DNA of 64,000 nucleotides from Prasinococcaceae sp. CCMP 1430 (taxonomy: Eukaryota; Plantae; Prasinodermophyta), in contig RQSC01000028.1 of NCBI GenBank assembly GCA_013416795.1, positions 462,483 through 526,482 on the forward strand, written 5' to 3'. The notes under the pieces were generated by a model that saw nothing but the letters and a program-made list of their open reading frames with translations, made no database searches and was not told where the DNA came from. Each line of letters starts with the position of its first letter. The first letter of the stretch is position 1. Below, piece by piece: positions 43,350 through 52,269 of the stretch. Position numbers and translations under genes: made by a program.

Positions 43350-45185
43350 TCACACATCGGCCTTCTTGTCTTCTACGAGCTTCTTCATTGAGCTGCTCGA
43401 CGAGACACCTCGTGTCGATTGGATGTAGCTGTTGTAGCTGTAGTGCATGCCTCCCAACAGGCCGATGCACACGCCAAGTACGTTAGGCGCGTAGATTGGC
43501 GCATCGGCTGGGAACATAACGAAACCGAGCGTGGTTGTCAGGACGTCCTTGATCTGGCCAGTGACTGAGGTGACCAGCGGGCTGTTAATGTTCGTGCACC
43601 TACAACATCGCCGGAGCGAGAGTGCATGCGAGGCACGCACGCACGCGTTGGCAGTTGTCAGCATTGGGTTCGCAGCCAATACGAATGCGCGCGCGCACGT
43701 GCACGCGACGCACCGGAAAATACACAGGTTCAGCAGGAAGGCCTGGCTGGCCGATAGAATCAGAAAGGCGATGAACGACCCGTCGAACAGCCTCGGAAAG
43801 CTCTGCACGCGCTGCAGCTCGTCCGTAGCAACTGCCGTGTAAGCGAGCATGAGTGGCATTGCCAACACGTTGTTGCACCACAGCAAGCCGGCGTCGGAGA
43901 GTCCCGTGGACGAACGCAACAGCTTGATGAGCAACAAATAGCACGCCGTGCTAACCACGAGGACGGACACCATCACGTAGCCTGGAAAGGTGTACATCAA
44001 GTCCGTCACGCCCGCGACGAGGCCGCCGAGCATCATGAGTGCGACGGAGACGACATTGGACAGGCTGGGCGTCTTGTCCAACACGACGAACTCGCCCACC
44101 ATCACCTGCGACCACGCCAGCGCGAGAGCGCGTGCAATGCACACGCGCGCGCGTTGGTGGTGGTCAGCATTGAGTGCGCAGTCAGTGCTGCAAGCGCGCA
44201 CGCATACGTGTGGGTGACTTACCAGCATCGTGGTAGCTCGTCTGAACACGCTGAACATTGGCACGGACAGGTATCGGAGCGCAATCAAGCCGGACACGAC
44301 ATACACCCACCAGCAGATGGTGAGCGGCAGTACGCGCACGAGGGTTGACGCCGGTGGCAGCGGGTTGAAGTCCAGGAGGCGGTCGCCCGTGAGCACGCGC
44401 AGCAGCAGCATCAACACCAGCGTGAGCGAGAGCTGCAGCAGTGTGAGGACGCACGGGAAGGAGAACCCGTACCACGAGAACACCATCTTGTTGAAAATGG
44501 TGATACACATAGAGATGCTGCCATACGATAACGCGGCCAACAGCTTGGTGAGAGGGCTGTAGTGCACCAAGCGGGCGCTGGATATCGGGGTCTTCTTGGC
44601 GGGATCTGATGAGGAGGCCGAGAAGGCTGCGGCAAGAGCGGCAGCCTTTTCGGCTGCAGCGGCTGCCGCCTCCGCGAACGCCGCACCAGCCGGGGACTGA
44701 TCAGGCTGATGCTCGCCCCTCTGCCGCTTGTGGTCGGGCAGAGGTTGCTCGGGCGGCGCGTGAGTCAAGTGGCCGCGCTCAGCATCAACGCGGCTGGTAT
44801 CACCCGGCGTTGGCACAACGGAGCCGTTGACTCCACCACCTCGAGCGTCGCCTGTTGGCGGGCCTAGACGCGATGCCTCGGCCATGTCAGGAGCATCGGC
44901 TTCTTCTTGGCGATGACGGGAACCCCCTCCTCTGCGCTTCCTGCTGCTGCCGCCGCCGCCGCCACCCCTGCCAATACCGAAGAGGCCGCCCCGCGCACCA
45001 CGAAAGAACGTGCCGGGGCCGTCCACGAGAGCTGCGTCAACTCCGGGGGGCTCCTGCCGCTCGTCCTTGACTCGAAGTGCCTCCTCATCGTCGTAAAGAG
45101 GGTTCACCGGCGAGCTGTCCCACTCGGGGGGCTCTCCGTCGGTTCCCGGCGTATAGTACGGCGTGCCGTCGTGTCGCGCGCTCAT
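43350..45185 (-). CDS. Nucleotide-sugar transporter (SLC35D/TPT family); introns 44106-44222 and 43600-43713
   Basis: SYGSISMCITIFNK, LSVPMFSVFRRATTML|V, LWCNNVL, LLNLCIFR|CTNINSPLVTSVTGQIKD; multiple TM helices. Confidence 0.9.
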   Translation of the reverse strand: MSARHDGTPYYTPGTDGEPPEWDSSPVNPLYDDEEALRVKDERQEPPGVDAALVDGPGTFFRGARGGLFGIGRGGGGGGSSRKRRGGGSRHRQEEADAPDMAEASRLGPPTGDARGGGVNGSVVPTPGDTSRVDAERGHLTHAPPEQPLPDHKRQRGEHQPDQSPAGAAFAEAAAAAAEKAAALAAAFSASSSDPAKKTPISSARLVHYSPLTKLLAALSYGSISMCITIFNKMVFSWYGFSFPCVLTLLQLSLTLVLMLLLRVLTGDRLLDFNPLPPASTLVRVLPLTICWWVYVVSGLIALRYLSVPMFSVFRRATTMLVSHPHVCVRACSTDCALNADHHQRARVCIARALALAWSQVMVGEFVVLDKTPSLSNVVSVALMMLGGLVAGVTDLMYTFPGYVMVSVLVVSTACYLLLIKLLRSSTGLSDAGLLWCNNVLAMPLMLAYTAVATDELQRVQSFPRLFDGSFIAFLILSASQAFLLNLCIFRCVACTCARAFVLAANPMLTTANACVRASHALSLRRCCRCTNINSPLVTSVTGQIKDVLTTTLGFVMFPADAPIYAPNVLGVCIGLLGGMHYSYNSYIQSTRGVSSSSSMKKLVEDKKADV

Positions 45186-45682
45186 CCTCCCTTTGAGTCG
45201 CTACCACTCAGACGGGAGAGCGGGGTCCGCGAAGCGACCGTGCGCGCGCGCGCGCCCGCGCGCGGCCGGCGAAGCGCCGCTGTAGCGCAGGTGCGCAGCA
45301 CGCGCGTGAGGCGCCGCTCTTTGGACGATCTCGAACGCGCGCCCGCCGCGCAGGCGGTCCAGCCCCGCGCGAGTACACACCGCCGGTGTGCCGCGCATGC
45401 GCTGTGGCGCGGGACGCAGGCGTCAACAGCCCCACGCGCGCGCGCACCGCCGCCGCCGAGGATCTGCTGAATGCGTTTTGAGCTGGCCCGGCTCCGACCG
45501 CCCAACGTTTCGTTTGTTTTCCACATGCGTTTTTTTGGGCCGATCAATTCGCACGCCCGAAAAATGGACTCGCAAACGCGGCATGACATTGAGGGCGTTG
45601 GGCGGAGGGTGGGACAAGAGCCACTTTACGGCCGCGCGCGCGCAAGGCTCGCACTGCATCGGTCTCATGCGGGTGGCGGGGC

Positions 45683-48346
45683 TCATCGCCCGTACCTCTG
45701 CCTGTGCACGGGCGCGTCAATCTCCGCCGCGTCGAGCGCCTCGGCCCACGGGCACTCCACGCAGAGCAGGTCCCCGGCGCCCATCCAATGCGCGCTGATC
45801 GCCGCGCCCGCAGCCGGCACCAGGCGCCAGCCTGGCCCGCTCTCGCAGCGCGCCGCGTGCGCCGAGGGGGCTTCGCTCCCGTGGGCGCCTGCCGGCGTCA
45901 GCGGCGCGGGCGCGTAGTTTGCGCGCCGCTGGCGCTTGCTGGGATGTTGCTGTTGCTGCTGACGATGCGAGCCCACGCCGACGCCATCTGTGCCATTGGG
46001 CGCGCCGTTGCCTCCGCCCTCTCGGCCCTCCCCATCGCTGCCGCTCTCATCGCCATCGTCGTCGTCCTCGTCTTCCTCGTCGTCTGCGGCCTTCATGTCG
46101 TCCTCGTGCCTGTCGAGATTTGCATGCACTAGTGCGTCGCCAGACTGCACGAGCAGCTCACCCGCCTCCCCCAGCGCACCTGGGCGAAAGGACAGGCCAC
46201 ACACGCCGCCACCACCACGCAGCACAGCGGCCAGGCTGCCACAACCGCGTGCGCCACCGCGCGCGCGCGACCACGGCGACAGCCGCAGCCTCTCAGCATC
46301 GTACAGCACGACCTCCCCAGCGGCTGTGCCAACCGCCAGCGGCACTTTGGGCAGGGCCTGGACAGCGGCGGCGGCGGCGGCATTGATCCCGCCCTTGTCC
46401 TTCTTGCGCGCCTGTGCGCGAACGCGCGCGCGCTGAGCCGCCGCATCAGCCACCCTTACGACGTCGACCGCCGGTCGGAACGCCACGGCGGTGGGCGCCG
46501 CACCAGACCTCGGCAGCGTACCCCTGTGCACGAGTTCAGCACCCTCCGTCTCGCTCTCTGCAGAGAGCTTGAGCACGTGCACGCGTGTCGCGTCCGCCAC
46601 GGCGATCCACAGTCCACCATCCGCTGCCGCAGAAGCGGTGAGCGCGGCCAGAGCGGGCGCGCACTTGAAGCTGCACATGACGAGCGTCATTCCCGCCGAT
46701 TTCGTGCTCGAGCTCACGCTGAGAGCAGACACTGTACACTCGAATGCGCCACTGCCGACGTCGCGCGCCCCGGCGGCCACGAGCGTGGGAGTGCCGGCGC
46801 TGGCCGACACGGCCACTAACTGTGCGGCGGGGACACGCGTGAGCGCGGAAGCGGCGACGCGCCGCGCGCTCGCACCCCCCGCAGCGTCCCTGGCGATCGG
46901 CGCAAGGGCGTATGCGCGTACTGCACCGCGCGCATCCACCGAAGCCGCGAGCGTGCCATCAGCGCTCACCGCCGCGTGGACCAGCGGTGGCGCGCTCTTG
47001 CCGCCGTGTTTCGCCTCGAGGCAGATGCGCAGCACATGGTCGGGCGGCGCGCCCGCACCCACCACGCCCTTGGCGACGGCTGCGCGCAGGCGCCACACGT
47101 CGAGCGCAGCGCCATTGGCCGCCAGCAGCAGAGGCGCGCCGTAGCCACCGCCGCCGCCGCTACCAGCCCCGGCGACGCCCGCGTTGTGAGCGAGCGCGCA
47201 CGGCGTGCGCTGCGGTGCGGCCGTTGGGTGCCACGGGTGTTGCTCGAAGAAGTGTGGCACCGAGTGGGCGACGACGCGCGCATCGTTGCCCGCCGACAGC
47301 AGGAGGGGCTCGGAGTCATCCGCGAGCGCCAGCGCCAGCGCACGAACGTCATGCGTGTGCGGACGCTTGAAGCCTTTCAGCACCCAACTCACCGCCTCGG
47401 GAGACGCCCGCCCGCCGCGTCGCACTTCCTCGTACACGCACACCTTGGTGTCGATGCCCGTCGAGTACAGCGAGCGTCCCGAAGGTGACACCTCGAGGGC
47501 GAGGACGTCGGCGTCGTGTGCGTCGAAGCCCGCAATGCGCGCGCCCGTCGCGGCGTCCCAAAGCTGCACGGCGCCCGATGCGTCGCCAGACGCGACCGCG
47601 CCTCCCGCGACGAACGCGACGCTCCACACGCATGCGTCTTCGCTCACCTCAGCGATGCCCTTGCCGCCGAGCGCAGCGGGCGCACGCGCCGAGGCGGTGA
47701 TGCGCATGTCCTCGCGGCCCGTCGCGGCATCAAAGACACGCACGCATCCGTCCGCGCCTCCAGCCGCCAGTACGCTGCCATCGGCGCGCCAAGCGACGGA
47801 GAGCAGGCGGTGCGCCGACGCGCGTTGGAATGAGCGCATAAAGCCCACCCCTGCCTGATCAGCGCTGAAAAGTCGCACGCAGCCGTCCTCGCACGCGAGT
47901 GCCAGGACATCGTCGCCGCTATCGCCACCATCGCCACTGCCGGCGCGCGGCCGCAGCGCCATCCCCCACACCGAGCCGCCCGCAGAGTCGGCGCGCGCTA
48001 CACGGCGCAGCGCCACCGGGCAGAGCTGAGACACGAGGCCGTCCAGGCCCGCAACGACAACGCGCGGCGGAGCGCCAGCGACGAGCGGCGGCAAAATCTC
48101 GAGAGAAGTGACGCCCGACATCTCCTCTCGCCCCGGAATCACCGCCACGCGCTCCCAGGCCGGCGACCGCAGCGCCAGGCTGCCCCCGCTGCCATTGGCG
48201 CCGCCGCTGACTGCCCACAGCTCGACGGTGCCGTCCTCACGCGCGACGCCGCACAGCGCGCCCTTGCCCGCCGCGCCCCGCGCGGCAGCGAGCGCCGACA
48301 CCGGCGATGGGCGGTAGTCAGCCACGCGGCAGCGATGTAGGCGCAC
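45683..48346 (-). CDS. UTP4: U3 snoRNA-associated protein 4 (UTP4/cirhin), WD40 repeats; ATG probably in an unlocated upstream exon
   Basis: N-terminal LHRCRVADYRPSPVSALA, HDADVLAL, STGIDTKV, RPHTHDVRAL, LLSAGND. Confidence 0.87.
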   Translation of the reverse strand: MRLHRCRVADYRPSPVSALAAARGAAGKGALCGVAREDGTVELWAVSGGANGSGGSLALRSPAWERVAVIPGREEMSGVTSLEILPPLVAGAPPRVVVAGLDGLVSQLCPVALRRVARADSAGGSVWGMALRPRAGSGDGGDSGDDVLALACEDGCVRLFSADQAGVGFMRSFQRASAHRLLSVAWRADGSVLAAGGADGCVRVFDAATGREDMRITASARAPAALGGKGIAEVSEDACVWSVAFVAGGAVASGDASGAVQLWDAATGARIAGFDAHDADVLALEVSPSGRSLYSTGIDTKVCVYEEVRRGGRASPEAVSWVLKGFKRPHTHDVRALALALADDSEPLLLSAGNDARVVAHSVPHFFEQHPWHPTAAPQRTPCALAHNAGVAGAGSGGGGGYGAPLLLAANGAALDVWRLRAAVAKGVVGAGAPPDHVLRICLEAKHGGKSAPPLVHAAVSADGTLAASVDARGAVRAYALAPIARDAAGGASARRVAASALTRVPAAQLVAVSASAGTPTLVAAGARDVGSGAFECTVSALSVSSSTKSAGMTLVMCSFKCAPALAALTASAAADGGLWIAVADATRVHVLKLSAESETEGAELVHRGTLPRSGAAPTAVAFRPAVDVVRVADAAAQRARVRAQARKKDKGGINAAAAAAVQALPKVPLAVGTAAGEVVLYDAERLRLSPWSRARGGARGCGSLAAVLRGGGGVCGLSFRPGALGEAGELLVQSGDALVHANLDRHEDDMKAADDEEDEDDDDGDESGSDGEGREGGGNGAPNGTDGVGVGSHRQQQQQHPSKRQRRANYAPAPLTPAGAHGSEAPSAHAARCESGPGWRLVPAAGAAISAHWMGAGDLLCVECPWAEALDAAEIDAPVHRQRYGR

Positions 48347-49141
48347 ACCGCCGCCGCCCTCCCTTCCCCCCTCTGCGCGTTTTCGAGCGGCCCTCCGCCG
48401 TTTCGCGCGCGCGCCAAAACCTGAACCTCAACGCCCCAATTGAGGTCCACACCGCCGTGCAAGCACAGTAGGGTTCACAAATCTCCGCTCGAGCTCGATC
48501 GAGGCGCGTGGATGGATGCAGCCACTTTCCCTTGCTTGTTGGGGATGGACATGCGAAAAATACTTCAGTGGTTGCTGGGTCGGTGGCCCCGCGCCCGGCT
48601 TTGCGGGCGCGGGCGAGGGCCAATTCGGTTCCGGATTCGCGCGATCGCGCGCGGGCGCGCGGCGCGGCGTGGGCCGCTCGTTCGGATCGGGCGTGCCGCC
48701 GGAGCGGCCCGCGCGGTCCGCGCCCAGCCGCCGGCCGGGCCGCCGCTCCCGAAACCGCGGCGGGACGCACGCTTAAAAATACGGAATGACGCACCATTGC
48801 ATAGCTGCAGTCTTTTTGAAACACAAATGGGTGACATATTTTACGGGTGACAAAGATAAAATAAACGACGGATATGTTGTGATCGAAATGGCATTCCAGA
48901 GAGCTGCCCTTCCCCCTCTCGTCACTTTTTCTTTTTTCTTTTTTTTCTTTTTTGGCGTGGAACGCGAGAGCCCGGGCCGAGGCGGGCCCGGCGCTCTGGG
49001 GTGGCCAAGGGGCGCCCCGGGCAGGCAGGTGCGCGCCACATCAGCGCGGTGCGCCGCGCCGAGGGCGGACGCCGCCTCCTCGCCGCCCCTTCTCCCTCCC
49101 CTCCCCTCCCCTCCCGTGCCCTCGATTCGCGTCCTGGCGCG

Positions 49142-50164
49142 ATGCCTCCGGCCCGGCGCGCCGAGCCGCGCGCGCCCGTCGACGAGACGGTCGCGATCTA
49201 CCGCGCCGTCGTCGACGGCGTGGTCAAAGGCGTGCGCGCCGACTTTGAGCAGGAGGGCACGCACGCGTCCACGCTCGATCTCTTGCAGAAGCGCTGGGAG
49301 GCCAAGCTGGTGGAGAGCGGCGCGTTCGGGCCCGTCGTCAAGCATGAGGACGCGGAGGCCGCCAAGCTTGCCGAAGCGGCCGCGGCTGCAGCAGAGAAGG
49401 CAGAAGAGATATCGACCGCAGGTAAGGGCAAGACCAACCAGGAGTACGCTAGGGCTTTCGCGGAGGCGGCGGAGAAGGGCCTCGAGGAGACGGACGCAGA
49501 GAACACGGGACGAACGGAGGTCGAGGAGAAGGAGCGATGTGAGCAGCAGGCGCAAGAGCAGCGGGGCAACGAGGGGGGGAGCGACGCACCCGCCGCTGGC
49601 GAGAAGCGCACGCGAGATGGCGACGACGGGGGTGCGGCGAAGGGCGGAGGCAAGAGGGCACGCGCGGAGGGCGATGGCGGCGGGGGCGATGGCGGTGACG
49701 ATGGCAGCGGCAGCGACGACGACTTGCTCGCGGCCGAATTCGAGGCAGAGCTCGAGGCAGAGCTTGACGCTGGCGGCGAGGACGACGACGGCGCACACGC
49801 GGAGGTCGGCGCGGCTGCGGGCAGGGAGGGTGCGGCCCCCGCAGCGGGGGTGGAGGCTGCTCCGGCTGGTGGCGCGGACAAGGATGCGCCCGCTGGCAAG
49901 GGCGATACTGCCAAGGAGGCAGCTGTGGACAGCGACGAGGACGGCCTCGCGGGCCTGTCCGACGACGACGACTTCCTGAATCGCCCGCCGTCGAGCGACG
50001 AGGACGAGAAGGACCCCGAGACCCCCAACATGTGCCTCGCGACGTATGAGCGCGTGCAACGCTCGCGAGGCACGTGGAAGGTGACGCTGCACAACGGCAT
50101 GATGACCGTCAATGGCAGGGATTGGATCTTCTCCGACGCGAAGGGCACCTTCGAATGGAGTTAG
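49142..50164 (+). CDS. TOA1: Transcription factor IIA large subunit (alpha/beta)
   Basis: IYRAVVDGVV..VRADFEQEG...LQKRWEAKL; acidic spacer; C-terminal NMCLATYERVQRSRGTWKVTLHNGMMTVNGRDWIFSDAKGTFEW. Confidence 0.92.
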   Translation: MPPARRAEPRAPVDETVAIYRAVVDGVVKGVRADFEQEGTHASTLDLLQKRWEAKLVESGAFGPVVKHEDAEAAKLAEAAAAAAEKAEEISTAGKGKTNQEYARAFAEAAEKGLEETDAENTGRTEVEEKERCEQQAQEQRGNEGGSDAPAAGEKRTRDGDDGGAAKGGGKRARAEGDGGGGDGGDDGSGSDDDLLAAEFEAELEAELDAGGEDDDGAHAEVGAAAGREGAAPAAGVEAAPAGGADKDAPAGKGDTAKEAAVDSDEDGLAGLSDDDDFLNRPPSSDEDEKDPETPNMCLATYERVQRSRGTWKVTLHNGMMTVNGRDWIFSDAKGTFEWS

Positions 50165-50378
50165 GTCCCTCGAGCAGCCATGGCGCCGGCGACGCGCGCG
50201 TGCGCGGCCGCGCTCCGCGGCGACAGTGGCGGCGTGCAGGCTTGACAGTAAGATGAGCCGAGCATGGTGGGCAGCCTGGCGCCCATGGCCGGGCCGTGGC
50301 GGCGCCACTTTGACTTCCTAGAGCTCCCTTCTCACGACGCGTCAGCGCCCTGCGCGCGAGCCTTGCACCGAGACGTGG

Positions 50379-52202
50379 ATGCCCGACTCTGTGTTCGCCG
50401 ACGCGGTGAGCACGCAGATGGCATGCGGCCCGCAACCCGCCACACCGCGCGCCGCCTGTCACGCCGCGACCGCGGTGGGGCGGCCGTGGCCCTGCTGGGC
50501 CGCGGTGATGGGTAGTGGTAGCGGTGAGGGCGACGAGGCTTGCGGGGGCGGCGCGCTCGGCGACCCCGCGGGTGCTGCCGGCGCTGACGCGGCCGCTGCC
50601 TGGGATGGCCCGCCAGCGGCGGACGGGGGTATAGCAAGTACCGCCGCCGATGCGGACGCGGGCAGCGAGGAGGCGTTCTGCTGCATCTGCCTTTCGGGCA
50701 TCTCGCCCGAGCCGTGCGCGACCTTCGACTGCTGCGAGCACACCTTCCATTCGGAGTGCCTCTCGCGGTGGGTGCAGGTGGAGGCTCTCTGCCCCTTGTG
50801 CAGACGCGAGGCGAGTTCGTGGAGCGTGCCGGCTGCCGCCGTGCACGCTGGCGGGTCCCCAGCCCCCGCTGTCACGCACGCCATCGACCGCTCGCGCCGC
50901 CAGAGCGCCGAGGACGAGTTTGATGCAGCGGACTGGATCGACGGCGAGAGCGACGACGACGGCGACAGCGGAGGCGATGAGCTCGCGGACGTCGTGTGCT
51001 ATGCGTGCGGGGGTGGCGGTGATGAGGCGCGCTTGCTTATGTGCGATGGCTGCCCACGCGCAGCGCATACGTATTGCCACGGGCTTTCAGCAGTACCCAG
51101 TGGGGAGTGGTTCTGCGGCCAGTGCCCGCCGGCGCCGGCGCAACGACAGCGGCCGCCGCTGCGCGCGCGCCAGTCACATCGCGCCAGCAGGAACTCCGAC
51201 GCGCACCTGGCCAACCTGCGTGATGCATTTGTTCCTACACTCGCCGACACGTCGCCTCCGCCCAGCACACGGCGAGGCGCGAGGCGTCGCGCGCAGGAAG
51301 CGCACGCGCGAACACTTGCAGGAGCTCTAGTGCTCCGCAGCACGCGGCGCGGGCGTGTGGGGCGCCTTTCCATCGGCGCTGGGGCGGCGTACCGCATGCA
51401 CGTCGAGGACATGCGAGCCGGTGCGACCGCCGGCGACGGTGGCTCAGACACGCGCTCCGAGGCCGCTCGAGCGCTGCTGGCGGCGCGTGGGCGCCGCCAA
51501 AGGATACTCTCGCCAAATACAACGAGAATCCCGACCGCCATGCGGAACGCCACCGCCCTCGGTGGCCCCGGCGGTGCCGGCGGCGGGGGTGGTCGCGAAG
51601 GCGCCGGTGGTGCCTCGGGCTCCACGGATGTGCTCCTGCAGACTCTCTTCGAGCAGGCCGACGTTGCCGAGAGGCTCGCGCGCGCGCCGCCACGCGGCCG
51701 CGTGCCGTCAGGCGATCGAGCGCAGCCGAGGCGGCCCTCACAGCGCCCTACACTTCGAGTGGGTGCGGGGCGCGTCGTGCCGCGCGCCGCGGGCGCGCCG
51801 CGGTCGTCGGCGCTGTTGCACATGGTGTGCACGAGCGAGGCGAGGGAGGGCGAAGGGTCGTCGCCGACAAGGGCGTGTGCAGCTGCTGTAGGTGGCACAG
51901 GCGCAATCGCAGGCGACGCCTGGGATGTTGAGAGCGGAGGCAGTGGCGCCGGTGGCGGCGGCAGCAACGACGCCGACGCTCCGACCCGTCGCGCTGATAG
52001 TCAAGGCGTGCCCGCGCTGGACAAGGTGAACGTCGTTCGCGCTGTGAAAGCAGCCCTACGGGAGTCGCCGACCGGGCGCGCGCTTGAGCGCGAGCACTTC
52101 AAAGTAGTGGCAAAAGAGGCCACAGTGGCGGTATTGGGCGGCCACGCGTCCAGCGCGGCATGCGCCGTGCGCGATGCCATGCGGAGGCGGCGGCTTCTTT
52201 GA
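50379..52202 (+). CDS. RING plus PHD finger protein (PHRF1-like) with a possible C-terminal SRI-like helical domain
   Basis: RING CCICL...CCEHTFHSECLSRW...CPLCR; PHD CYACG...LLMCDGCPRAAHTYC...VPSGEWFCGQC; C-terminal VKAALR...LEREHFKVVAKEAT. Confidence 0.8.
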   Translation: MPDSVFADAVSTQMACGPQPATPRAACHAATAVGRPWPCWAAVMGSGSGEGDEACGGGALGDPAGAAGADAAAAWDGPPAADGGIASTAADADAGSEEAFCCICLSGISPEPCATFDCCEHTFHSECLSRWVQVEALCPLCRREASSWSVPAAAVHAGGSPAPAVTHAIDRSRRQSAEDEFDAADWIDGESDDDGDSGGDELADVVCYACGGGGDEARLLMCDGCPRAAHTYCHGLSAVPSGEWFCGQCPPAPAQRQRPPLRARQSHRASRNSDAHLANLRDAFVPTLADTSPPPSTRRGARRRAQEAHARTLAGALVLRSTRRGRVGRLSIGAGAAYRMHVEDMRAGATAGDGGSDTRSEAARALLAARGRRQRILSPNTTRIPTAMRNATALGGPGGAGGGGGREGAGGASGSTDVLLQTLFEQADVAERLARAPPRGRVPSGDRAQPRRPSQRPTLRVGAGRVVPRAAGAPRSSALLHMVCTSEAREGEGSSPTRACAAAVGGTGAIAGDAWDVESGGSGAGGGGSNDADAPTRRADSQGVPALDKVNVVRAVKAALRESPTGRALEREHFKVVAKEATVAVLGGHASSAACAVRDAMRRRRLL

Positions 52203-52269
52203 TATGAGCCGAAATCCTTTCATGTACTGTACACAATGTTACATTTCTGTCCGCCACGACGATGAGCGA

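Noticed and set aside
84-44222. Possibility that the introns are introner elements
   Set aside because: By-eye comparison shows no shared sequence beyond splice sites, branch point and GC runs.
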